A DNA stretch of 64,000 nucleotides from Thermoanaerobaculia bacterium (GTDB lineage: Bacteria > Acidobacteriota > Thermoanaerobaculia > UBA5066), in contig CAVRAY010000001.1 of NCBI GenBank assembly GCA_963719225.1, positions 800,001-864,000 of the forward strand, read 5' to 3'. The notes under the pieces were generated by a model. That model was not told where the DNA came from, did not search any database, and worked only from the letters and a program-made list of their open reading frames with translations. Both the position numbers and the translations under genes were made by a program. Positions 37,458-46,319 of this stretch are shown here, piece by piece. Position 1 is the first letter of the stretch; the number at the start of each line of letters is the position of its first letter.

Positions 37458-39416
37458 ATGAGCACGACCTCTTTCCCCTCCTCTTCGAACGAGGCCCGCA
37501 CGCGCGGCAGAAACCGCGTCGTCGTCTGGGCGCTCCTCATCGCGGCTCTCGTCCTCCTCACGCTCGCGGCCGGCCTCCGCGCCGACGCGAGAGGGGAATC
37601 GTCCGCCCACGCGAGCCGGACTCAGAACTTCGTCGCTTCGGGCAACCTGAAATCCCTCACCGTCGAGAACGTCAACGGCAGCGTCGAGATCCTCGCCGGT
37701 CCGTCGTTCAAGGCCGACGTCGACGTGACCGTCTATGCGCCCACCGAGGAGATCGCCCGAAAGAAGCTCGACGACGTCAAGGTCCGCTTCGACAACGAGA
37801 ACGGTGAGCTCGCGCTCTACACGGAAGAGCCCGGCGTCATCGTGCGGCGGCGCGGGCGGGGCTGGAACGTTCACAGCGACCACGACGACGACACGTGGCG
37901 GACCGAAGTGAAGTACCGAATCACGTCGCCTCCGGGTCTCGCGCTCAGCGTCTCGACCGTGAACGGTGCCGTGAGCGTCCTGGACGCGGCCGCGCCCGTG
38001 GATCTGTCCACGGTGAACGGCAAGATCGACGTCAACCGTGCGCGCCGCGAAGCGAAGCTCAATACCGTGAACGGGGCGATTCACGCCACGTTCGCCGAGC
38101 TCCCGAGGGGCGCGAGCGTGGACGTCCGTACCGTCAACGGCGGCATCGAGCTCGTGCTTCCCGCGAAGGCCGGCTTCCACTTCGAGGGCCACACGATGAG
38201 CGGCGAGATCCTCTCGTCGTTCGCCCTTCCCGCGGCCCCCGAGGATGACGAAGTGTCGCGCGCACGCGACGAGTCGAGGGCCGCGCGCGACAAGATCAAG
38301 GCCGAGCGCGCCAAGATCAAGGCCGAGATCAAGGAGAAGAGGCACAAGGCCAGGAAGAGCGACGAAGGCGACGACGGCCTCATCGACCTCAACGAGCTGA
38401 ACGAGGCGCTCCAGGACTTGAACCGCGAGATGCAGGAGATGAGCCGCGAGATCTCCCGGTCGGTCACCGTCCGCATGAACCGCGCGTACGAAGGCACCGT
38501 GGGCGGCGGCGGCGCGAACGTGCGCTGCTCGAACCTGAACGGCCGAATCCTCCTCCTGGCGGAGGGCACGACGGAAGCCCAGGCCAAGAGACTCACGTCG
38601 GGGCGCGGGCCGATCATCGTGTCCGTGACGTCGCCCGCTCGGGCGCCCCGGGCCGTGATCCCGCCCGTCCCTCCGGCACCTCACCCGGCCCCGGCGCCTC
38701 GTGCCGCGGCCGCACCGCCGGTGCCGCCGGTGCCGGATCCCTGGGGGCGCTCGATCTCGAAGGGCGACTTGGAAGGCGACCTCCTCCTCTCTCACGCGCC
38801 GGGCGACGTCACGGCCGGCCAGGTCGGAGGCCGCGTGAAGATCTCGACGCAGTCCGGCCAGATCCACGTGAAATCCGCCGGCAAGGGCGCGGAGCTCTCG
38901 TCCGCGGGCGGCGACATCCGCATCGAGAGCGTGATGGGCGACCTCAAGGCGACGACTTCGGGGGGCGACATCCGCGCCGGCGCCGTCAGCGGCGATGCGC
39001 GGCTCGAGACGGCCGGAGGCGACCTCACCGTCCGTTCGGCGGGGGGGTCGGTGGCGGCCCGGACGGGCGGGGGCGACATCACGTTGAGGAAGGTCCATGG
39101 TCCGGTCGTGGCGCGGACGTCCGGGGGCACGATCGTCTGCGAGATCTCGAGCGCGGCGGCGCCGGGCGGAGAGCTCGTGACGAACGGGGGCGACGTGACG
39201 ATCACGCTTCCGTCCAACTACCGCGCCGACATCGACGTCCGCGTCTCCGGCGCGGAGATGGAAGCGGATGCCATCTCGTCGCAGTTTCCGGACGTCGTCA
39301 TCACGCGCCGGCCGGGCTCGATCTCGGGCGAAGGAAAGCTCAACGGAGGCGGCCCGAAGCTGATCATCCGCTCGACGTCCGGCTCGGTATTGCTCCGCAA
39401 GGGACCTTCGGCCTGA
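37458..39416 (+). CDS. Large DUF4097 beta-strand-repeat protein
   Basis: TVNG repeats, charged coiled coil, Pro-rich linker, then TSGGDI repeats. Confidence 0.82.
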   Translation: MSTTSFPSSSNEARTRGRNRVVVWALLIAALVLLTLAAGLRADARGESSAHASRTQNFVASGNLKSLTVENVNGSVEILAGPSFKADVDVTVYAPTEEIARKKLDDVKVRFDNENGELALYTEEPGVIVRRRGRGWNVHSDHDDDTWRTEVKYRITSPPGLALSVSTVNGAVSVLDAAAPVDLSTVNGKIDVNRARREAKLNTVNGAIHATFAELPRGASVDVRTVNGGIELVLPAKAGFHFEGHTMSGEILSSFALPAAPEDDEVSRARDESRAARDKIKAERAKIKAEIKEKRHKARKSDEGDDGLIDLNELNEALQDLNREMQEMSREISRSVTVRMNRAYEGTVGGGGANVRCSNLNGRILLLAEGTTEAQAKRLTSGRGPIIVSVTSPARAPRAVIPPVPPAPHPAPAPRAAAAPPVPPVPDPWGRSISKGDLEGDLLLSHAPGDVTAGQVGGRVKISTQSGQIHVKSAGKGAELSSAGGDIRIESVMGDLKATTSGGDIRAGAVSGDARLETAGGDLTVRSAGGSVAARTGGGDITLRKVHGPVVARTSGGTIVCEISSAAAPGGELVTNGGDVTITLPSNYRADIDVRVSGAEMEADAISSQFPDVVITRRPGSISGEGKLNGGGPKLIIRSTSGSVLLRKGPSA

Positions 39417-39467
39417 CGGCGCGCCGTCCGCCCTCCGGCGGCGCTCTCCGTTACAATGGGTCCAGAC

Positions 39468-40076
39468 ATGGGCTCGGCTTCACCTCCTCCGACTTCGCGT
39501 CCGCCTGGCGCCCGTCCGGCGTCGGGCGGCGAGGGAGTCCCGCAGGCTGCGGTTTCCTCGCGCTATCACTTCGACGATCGCAAGGTCTCGATGGGCCCCT
39601 CTGGGACCACGATCCTGCTCGCGATCGCCGCCATCGGAATCGGGCTGTGGATCTACTACAAGCCGCCGGGCGAGGTCGGGCCCCAAGCTCTTCAGAAGTA
39701 CAGCGGCTTCGAATCGAACATGGAGACCGTCGTCCTGCGCAACTGCTCGCCGCCGGGCTGCGCGGCCGTCTATCTGACGCCGACGGTCGGCGGCAAGTAC
39801 AAGGAAACGTTGCCCCAGGCCGTCACGGTAGCCGGGCAGCTCGAGCAGCAGGGCATCGAATGCTTCATCGTGTTCGGCGAAGAGCCCGTGAAGGAGGCGG
39901 TCAAGCGCGCGCGCGGAGTGCGCCGGCCGGTCGTCATCGATCCCCACGGCGATTGGGCGAGGGAGTCGGGCATCGAGAAGGCGCCCTACTGGATCGCGTG
40001 GCGCACGGGGGGGAAGATACGCCTGAGAAGCCAGGAACCGGTCACGGCCGCAGACATCGCAGCCGCCATCCGCTGA
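39468..40076 (+). CDS. Hypothetical membrane-anchored protein (possibly thioredoxin-like fold)
   Basis: TM helix, CSPPGC and VIDPHGDWARESGI..PY; start uncertain (39456, 39468 or later). Confidence 0.55.
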   Translation: MGSASPPPTSRPPGARPASGGEGVPQAAVSSRYHFDDRKVSMGPSGTTILLAIAAIGIGLWIYYKPPGEVGPQALQKYSGFESNMETVVLRNCSPPGCAAVYLTPTVGGKYKETLPQAVTVAGQLEQQGIECFIVFGEEPVKEAVKRARGVRRPVVIDPHGDWARESGIEKAPYWIAWRTGGKIRLRSQEPVTAADIAAAIR

Positions 40077-40084
40077 GAGGTCCA

Positions 40085-40672
40085 TTGGCTTCCCGAGGTC
40101 CCGGACCCGTCGTCGAGGCCAGTTATGCCGCAGCTCTCGGCGACGACGATCCGGTGTCCGTCATGGCCGAGACGCCCGACCTCGTCCGGAAGCTGATCCG
40201 GGGCCTGACCGAGAGGCAGCTCGAAACGAAACCGGCTCCGGGCAAGTGGTGCATCAAGGAGATCGTCGCGCACCTCGCCGACACCGAAGTCATCGTCGGG
40301 AGCCGGTATCGCTTCATCGGCGCGCACGACCGCCCGCCGCTCCCCGTCACGGACCAGGACGCATTCGTGGAACGGCTCGGATCCATGAACGCGAGAGCCG
40401 TCGACCTCGCGGACGACTTCGCGATGGCGCGGGCCGTGAACCTCGGTCTCCTCGAGCGCCTTCCCGAAGAGGCGTGGGACCGCATCGGCGTGCACGAAGA
40501 GCGGGGCGACGAGTCGATCCGGTCGATGGTGGCGACCTACGCGGGACACGACCGAATCCACCTCGGCCAGATCGAGACGATCAGGACAGGACTCTTTCCG
40601 AAGGCCCGAAAGAAGCGGGCGAGACGAAAGCTCCCGAGGCCGGCCTCCGGGAAGAAGGCCAAACGGCGCTGA
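40085..40672 (+). CDS. DinB family protein with basic C-terminal tail
   Basis: PAPGKWCIKEIVAHLAD and GHDRIHLGQI; TTG start after GAGAGG. Confidence 0.85.
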   Translation: MASRGPGPVVEASYAAALGDDDPVSVMAETPDLVRKLIRGLTERQLETKPAPGKWCIKEIVAHLADTEVIVGSRYRFIGAHDRPPLPVTDQDAFVERLGSMNARAVDLADDFAMARAVNLGLLERLPEEAWDRIGVHEERGDESIRSMVATYAGHDRIHLGQIETIRTGLFPKARKKRARRKLPRPASGKKAKRR

Positions 40673-41791
40673 TCACTCCCGGGTGGCGCGCGCCGCCCAC
40701 CGTGCGATCGGCGCTCCCGCCGGAGTGACGAGGCGAGACGCGACGCCGCCGGAGAAAAATGGGCGGAACAGTCGCGAGAGGAGAAACCGCTTGCCCGCGA
40801 TTTCGCGGTGCCGGCGAAAGTGGGCGCGGCGAAGACCTTCGGCGTCGAGTCGCTCCGCGATGAAATCGGCGAGCGGCGCGGCCACGGCCTCTCCGAAGAG
40901 CAACGCGAGCGACATTCCCGTGCCGGTGTACGGGTCGATCACGCCCGCGGCGTCGCCGACGCAGAGGACGTCTCCCGCCACGGCCCCATGGCGGCCGAGG
41001 TAAAGGGGCTCCGAGATCAGCGGGGGACCCGACACGGGCGTAAGCCCCTCGAGATCGGCGGCGAGTGCGTGGCTCTTGCGGGAGGCCTCCGAAAGAAGCT
41101 CGTCGAGGGAAGCGTGAGCCTTCTTCGCGACTGCCGCCGTCACGAGGCCTGCGAGATTGACGCGGCCGTCCTCGATGCGCGAGAGGCCGAGATAGCCCCC
41201 TTCTAAGAAATGCAGGACCGCGCGGCTGGAAAGCCGTTCGCCGATTCCAGTGAACTGCTTTCCAAAGCCGAACAAGCAAGATTTTCTTCGAATGAACGTG
41301 CGGCCGAGGCGTCCGTCCAAAGGGCTGTAGCGTCCCCACGCGCCCACGGCCGCGCGCGCTCTCAGCTCAAACCCCGGTCCCTTGATGAGGAAGCCTTCCT
41401 GAAGATCGCCTTCCAGCGACAGAACGGTGGCGCCGAATCGCATTTCGGCGCCCGCTCGCTCGGCGGCATCGGCCGCGAGGGAATCCAGACATTTCCGTGA
41501 AATCGACATCACGGGTCTTGGAAGCTGGGCCTCCACGGAGGTGCCATCGCGCCGAACGAGTCGGAAATGCGTGATCGTTTCCGCTCCCTTCTTTCCAAGC
41601 TCTTCTCCGAATCCCATCCTGGCGAGCACCGGGAGAGCCTCGTGCGAGAGGAAGCAACCACAGACCTTCTCGCGCGGAAAGCGCGCTTTCTCGAGGACGA
41701 CGACGCGCGCGCCGGCGCGCGCGAGGGCGCATGCGGCGGCAGAGCCCGCAAGGCTGCCGCCGATGACGGCGACGTCGCACGCGTCCTTCAG
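40673..41791 (-). CDS. FAD-dependent oxidoreductase (geranylgeranyl reductase-like), probable CTG start
   Basis: DVAVIGGSLAG...LEKARFPREKVCG lies in frame upstream of the ORF-track start; also GDAAGVIDPYTGTGM. Confidence 0.85.
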   Translation of the reverse strand: MKDACDVAVIGGSLAGSAAACALARAGARVVVLEKARFPREKVCGCFLSHEALPVLARMGFGEELGKKGAETITHFRLVRRDGTSVEAQLPRPVMSISRKCLDSLAADAAERAGAEMRFGATVLSLEGDLQEGFLIKGPGFELRARAAVGAWGRYSPLDGRLGRTFIRRKSCLFGFGKQFTGIGERLSSRAVLHFLEGGYLGLSRIEDGRVNLAGLVTAAVAKKAHASLDELLSEASRKSHALAADLEGLTPVSGPPLISEPLYLGRHGAVAGDVLCVGDAAGVIDPYTGTGMSLALLFGEAVAAPLADFIAERLDAEGLRRAHFRRHREIAGKRFLLSRLFRPFFSGGVASRLVTPAGAPIARWAARATRE

Positions 41792-42480
41792 GGGCGCTTC
41801 CAGACGAGCTCCCAGAGGAAGAGCGAGGCCATCGTGACACGGGCGCCCGGAAGGACGGGTGCCGCGATCTCGGCGATCTCCTCGGACGTGTAGGCCTGCC
41901 TCACGGACGTCTTCCCGTCGGCGACGGAAAGCCGGCTCCGAAAGGCGACGGGCCCCAGGAGGGAGATCGCGGCGAGCGCGAGGCGGTTGCGCGTGAGGTC
42001 GAGCGCGAAGACGGCCGAGCCTGCGACCCGCCGCGCCTCCGCGAAGAGCGCCGCCGCTTCCGCCGGAGAGAAGTGATGCAGGAAGAGAGTCGACAGGACG
42101 ACGTCCACGCTCCGGTCGCCGAAGGGAAGCCGGAACGTGTCTCCGACGACGGCGGTTCCGCGCGCCGCGAGCCGCGCGTGCGACGTCTTGAGATCGAGGC
42201 CGATGACGCGGACCCTCGTTCCCTCATCGGCGGCCGCCGCGAGGAGGTCGCGCCCCACGTGCCCCGAGCCGCAGCCGAGGTCGAGGACGAGGGGCGTCTT
42301 CTTGCGCCCCGCCAGCGCCGCGAGGAGCGGCCGGAAGAGGCGGCGGACGAGGGGGCGGCCGCCGAGCCTCCGATGCACCCACTCGATGTCGGCGAGGCTC
42401 GCCTCGGCCTCGCCGGCCGGGACGTCCGCGCCGTCGAGGAGCTCGGGCTCGGGGCGACGGCGGGGAACCCAGAAGCTCAT
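41788..42480 (-). CDS. Class I SAM-dependent methyltransferase
   Basis: PELLD, VLDLGCGSG, LFLHHF and DGKTSVRQAY. Confidence 0.9.
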   Translation of the reverse strand: MSFWVPRRRPEPELLDGADVPAGEAEASLADIEWVHRRLGGRPLVRRLFRPLLAALAGRKKTPLVLDLGCGSGHVGRDLLAAAADEGTRVRVIGLDLKTSHARLAARGTAVVGDTFRLPFGDRSVDVVLSTLFLHHFSPAEAAALFAEARRVAGSAVFALDLTRNRLALAAISLLGPVAFRSRLSVADGKTSVRQAYTSEEIAEIAAPVLPGARVTMASLFLWELVWKRP

Positions 42481-42487
42481 CCCCGCC

Positions 42488-43747
42488 TCAGAGCGAGCGG
42501 CCGTTGCGGAGGACGAGCGCGGAGTTCTTCGAGCCGAACGCGATCCCGTTGCAAAGCGCGAACTCGACCTGGGCGGGCCGCGCCGCGTTCGGAACGTAAT
42601 CGAGGTCGCAGTCCGGGTCGGCGGTCTCGAGATTGAGCGTCGGCGGAAGGAATCCGCACTGCATGCCGAGCAACGTCGCGGCGAAGCCGGCCGCTCCCGA
42701 GGCGCCCTGCGGATGGCCGATCTGGCTCTTCACGCTGCTGCCGGGAATGCGCGCCGCCGCGTCGCCGAGCGCGATCTTCGTCGCACGGGTCTCGATGCGG
42801 TCGTTGAGCAGCGTGGACGTCCCGTGGTACTGCACGTAGCCGAGGTCGGCGGCGGCGAGGCCGGCGTCCGCGAGCGCCTCGCGCATCGCTCGCGCAGGCT
42901 CCTCGCCGGACTCGTCGAGGCGCACGCGGTGGTACGCGTCGCAGCTCGTACCGTACCCGCAGATCTCGGCGAGCACCCGCGCGCCGCGGGCGCGTGCCCG
43001 TTCGAGAGGCTCGAGAACGAACATCCACGCGCCCTCTCCGAGGACGAACCCGTCACGCCCCGCGTCGAACGGGCGGCTCGCCGCGGGCGGGGTGTCGTTG
43101 CGGGCCGTGGAAAGGATCTGCATGATCGTGAACCCCGTCATGATGCCGGGGGTGATCACGGCGTCGGCGCCGCCCGTGAGGACGAGGTCCTCGTCGCCCC
43201 AGGCGACCAGGCGAGACGCATAGGCGAGGGCATCGGCCGAGGACGTGCAACCCGTCGTGATCACGTGGGAGCGCCCCTTGAGGCCGAAGCGCATCGAGAT
43301 CTCGGAGGAGAGTGTGCCCATCGTGCCGGTCGGGATCGCGTAGACGGACGCCTTCTTCACGTCTCCGCGGTACCAGTGACCGTACATGCGCTCGAAGAAA
43401 TCCACGGCGCCGCCGCCCGAGCCGAAGACGACCGCGATCCTCCGCCTCTCCTCGAGGGAGAGCTTTTCGGTGTCGATCCCCGCGCTGGTGAACGCCTCGC
43501 CGGCCGCCGCGAGCGAGAGCGGGACGACGCGCCCGACGTGGCGAAGCTCTTTCGCGCTCATCGCGGATTCGGGGTCGAAGCCCTTCACCTCGGCCGCGAT
43601 CGACACGTCGAGAGCGGCCGGATCGAAAAGCGTGATCCTCGAGACGCCGGACCGTCCGGACCGGAGCCCTTCGGTGAACGCGGGGACACCGTTTCCGATC
43701 GGGGTGAGGCAGCCGAGACCCGTGACGCCGACGCGTCGACCCTTCAA
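42488..43747 (-). CDS. Beta-ketoacyl synthase (FabF/KAS II family)
   Basis: GVTGLG, catalytic TGCTSS, HGTST and KSQIGH, plus GFVLGEG. Confidence 0.92.
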   Translation of the reverse strand: MKGRRVGVTGLGCLTPIGNGVPAFTEGLRSGRSGVSRITLFDPAALDVSIAAEVKGFDPESAMSAKELRHVGRVVPLSLAAAGEAFTSAGIDTEKLSLEERRRIAVVFGSGGGAVDFFERMYGHWYRGDVKKASVYAIPTGTMGTLSSEISMRFGLKGRSHVITTGCTSSADALAYASRLVAWGDEDLVLTGGADAVITPGIMTGFTIMQILSTARNDTPPAASRPFDAGRDGFVLGEGAWMFVLEPLERARARGARVLAEICGYGTSCDAYHRVRLDESGEEPARAMREALADAGLAAADLGYVQYHGTSTLLNDRIETRATKIALGDAAARIPGSSVKSQIGHPQGASGAAGFAATLLGMQCGFLPPTLNLETADPDCDLDYVPNAARPAQVEFALCNGIAFGSKNSALVLRNGRSL

Positions 43748-44955
43748 AACGTGCTCTCCGGCGAGCCGCGGTGGGTGGCGACGAGATCGCCCGCCGCAAA
43801 GGAGGACCCGGGCGGAAGCTCGAGAAAGGCGTTCGCCCGCGCGTGCGCGAGAACGTCGTGACTGCCCTTCGTCGCGATGGGCTCGACGATCTCCTCACCG
43901 TCCCTGAGCGAGAGCGACGCCGGGTGAAAGGCGAGGCGCGGCCCCTTGTTGCGGACCGGCCCGGCAAGGCGGGCGGGCAGGGCGGGAGGAAGGGGAGGCA
44001 CGCTCCCCGCCGCAAACCTGAGGGCGGGCCTCACGAAGAAGTCGAAGCCCACGGCGGCCGAAACCGGATTTCCGGGCAGGCCGAACACGAGCGTCGCCCC
44101 CTTCGTCGCGAAGAGCACGGGCTTTGCGGGGCGAATCGCGACCTTGTGAAAACGGATCGACGCGCCCGCGGACTGGAGGGCCGCCGCGACGTAGTCGTAG
44201 TCGCCGGCCGAGACGCCGCCGGTCGTCAGGACGAGATCCTCGCCGCGCTCCAGAGCGCCGCGCAGGATCCTCACGAGCGATTCCTTCGTGTCGCGCGCGA
44301 CCCCGAGGTCCGTGACCTGGGCCCCGGCCCGGCGCAGCGCGGAGACGAGAAGCGGACCGTTCGTGTTCCTCACCTGCGCGGGACCGGGCGTCGTCCCCGG
44401 AGCGACGATCTCGTCCCCGGTCACGAGGACCAGGGCGCGGATGGGACGCGCCACGCGCAGCGTCGCGCGACCGGCAGCCGCGGCGAGCACGAGGTCCGCG
44501 GGCGTGAGGCGGCGGCCGGCGGGCAGGAGGAGCGCGCCCTTCTGGAAGACTTCTCCCTGATGGCGGACGTGCGCGCCGGGGCGCGGCGCGACGTCGAGCC
44601 GCACCGTCTTCTGGTCGATCTCGGCGGCGTCCTCGACGGGGACGACCGCGTCGCTGCCGGGCGGCATCGGCGCGCCCGTCATCACCTTCCACGCGGCTCC
44701 CGCGAAGAGCGGTCCCGTGACGCGGCCCGCACCTGCGGTTCCCGCGCGCGCGAAGAGAGAAGGCGTCTTGGCGACCTCCTGGGCGAGTACGGCCCAGCCG
44801 TCCATCGCCGTCATGTCGAATGCCGGAAAAGGCAGGTCGGCGGAGACGTCTTCGGCGAGGACGCGTCCCTGGGCCTCTCCGAGCGGGACCGCGACGGCCG
44901 TGAGCGGCGTGGCGGCCCCCAGCACGTTCGCGAGGGCTTCCTCGAACGCGATCAC
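43744..44955 (-). CDS. moeA: Molybdopterin molybdotransferase
   Basis: AMDGWA, MTGAPMP, TGDE, TTGGVSAGDYD and GLPGNPVS. Confidence 0.95.
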   Translation of the reverse strand: MIAFEEALANVLGAATPLTAVAVPLGEAQGRVLAEDVSADLPFPAFDMTAMDGWAVLAQEVAKTPSLFARAGTAGAGRVTGPLFAGAAWKVMTGAPMPPGSDAVVPVEDAAEIDQKTVRLDVAPRPGAHVRHQGEVFQKGALLLPAGRRLTPADLVLAAAAGRATLRVARPIRALVLVTGDEIVAPGTTPGPAQVRNTNGPLLVSALRRAGAQVTDLGVARDTKESLVRILRGALERGEDLVLTTGGVSAGDYDYVAAALQSAGASIRFHKVAIRPAKPVLFATKGATLVFGLPGNPVSAAVGFDFFVRPALRFAAGSVPPLPPALPARLAGPVRNKGPRLAFHPASLSLRDGEEIVEPIATKGSHDVLAHARANAFLELPPGSSFAAGDLVATHRGSPESTF

Positions 44956-45007
44956 GGAGGGATCCTAGCAAGGCGCGGAACCCTCTTCCGTGAGTAGAAT
45001 CGCCAAA

Positions 45008-45811
45008 ATGTTGGAATCCCCGTTTCAATACACGGGTGAGCTCGCAGAAGAGCCCCTTCCGGAGATCCTCCGGACGATCCACCACCATCGCGTGCCCGGG
45101 GTCGTCACCGCTACGTCGGGGGACGTGGTCAAGAAGATCTATCTGATGGGCGGGAACGTGATCTTCGCGACGTCGTCGGACCTCCATGACTCGCTGGGCG
45201 CTTACCTGAAGAAGAGCGCCCTCATCTCCTCCGGCGAGCTGCGCGTCTCCACCAGCCGGATCGACGCCGCTCACGGCAAGCGTCACGGGGAGCTGCTCGT
45301 GGAAATGGGCGTCCTCACGCCGGACCATCTGCGGCAGATCGTCACCGAGCAGGTGAAAGCCATCCTCTACTCGATCTTTTCGTGGGAGAAAGGGACGGTG
45401 ACGTTCGAAGTGGGGAAGTTCCGGACGGAGGAGCTCATCCAGCTCAACGTCTCCACGCCGCAGGCCATCGCAGACGGCATCCGGCTTCTTCCGGACCCCC
45501 GGCGCGTCGTGTCACGACTCGGCCCCTCCTGGACGATCTTCGAGCAGGGCGAGGTCGCCGCCGGGGCCTCCGGGGTTTCCTGGGCCGAGGGCGAGCTCAA
45601 GCTCCTCTCCCTCGTGGACGGCCGGCGCAGCCTGCGCGACCTGATCACCGCGGGTCCCGGGGACGTTTCGACGAACGCGAGGCTCGTCTATGCTTTCTGG
45701 GTGCTGCATCTCGTGACGCGCCGCGAAATCCTGACGAGCGGAATCAAGAAGATCCAGTGGAAGACGGGGTCCGGCAACATCCCGGCGGCCGGCGGCGGCG
45801 CCGCAGGCTGA
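45008..45811 (+). CDS. DUF4388-domain protein with MshEN-like repeats
   Basis: GEL...LPEIL...G.V...GNVIFATS; SLGAYL and RHGELLVEMG; FSWEKGTVTF. Confidence 0.75.
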   Translation: MLESPFQYTGELAEEPLPEILRTIHHHRVPGVVTATSGDVVKKIYLMGGNVIFATSSDLHDSLGAYLKKSALISSGELRVSTSRIDAAHGKRHGELLVEMGVLTPDHLRQIVTEQVKAILYSIFSWEKGTVTFEVGKFRTEELIQLNVSTPQAIADGIRLLPDPRRVVSRLGPSWTIFEQGEVAAGASGVSWAEGELKLLSLVDGRRSLRDLITAGPGDVSTNARLVYAFWVLHLVTRREILTSGIKKIQWKTGSGNIPAAGGGAAG

Positions 45812-45815
45812 CGGC

Positions 45816-46247
45816 ATGGCACTCTACGAATTTCAGTGCACGAGCTGCGGACGGAAAACCGAGGTCATCCAGCGCTTCTCGGACCCGCCGCCGAAGAAAT
45901 GCCCTCATTGCGGCGGCAAGCTCGTGAAGCTCCTCTCGACTCCGGCGTTCCAGTTCAAGGGCTCGGGGTTCTATGCGACGGACTACGCGAAAGCCGGGGG
46001 GAAGCCGGAGGATTCTTCGAAAGAGAAAGAGGGAGATTCGGCGAAGAAAGAGGGAGATTCTTCGAAAGGGAAAGAAGGGGAGGCCGGCAAACCGAGCGGC
46101 GCCGGGGCCGAGGCCAGCGGCGGTTCGCCGGGGGACTCTTCGAAAGAGAAGAAAGACTCTGGTCCGGCCGCGGCTTCGGAGGGGTCATCCGCGAAAACCT
46201 CGGCCGCGCCCTCTTCACCTTCTAAGAAAGACAGCAAAAGGAAATAG
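45816..46247 (+). CDS. FmdB family zinc-ribbon protein with low-complexity tail
   Basis: YEFQCTSC...CPHCGG...FKGSGFYATDY. Confidence 0.92.
   Translation: MALYEFQCTSCGRKTEVIQRFSDPPPKKCPHCGGKLVKLLSTPAFQFKGSGFYATDYAKAGGKPEDSSKEKEGDSAKKEGDSSKGKEGEAGKPSGAGAEASGGSPGDSSKEKKDSGPAAASEGSSAKTSAAPSSPSKKDSKRK
46209..46231 (-). repeat. Copy of the dispersed motif
   Basis: CCCTCTTCACCTTCTAAGAAA; its reverse complement is 20/21 identical to 14308-14328. Confidence 0.8.
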
Positions 46248-46319
46248 TCGGGAGGCTGCAGCAGAAGCTCCAGATATCAGCAGAAATCTCGTTCCTTCTC
46301 TAAACCGTTAAACTTGGGC

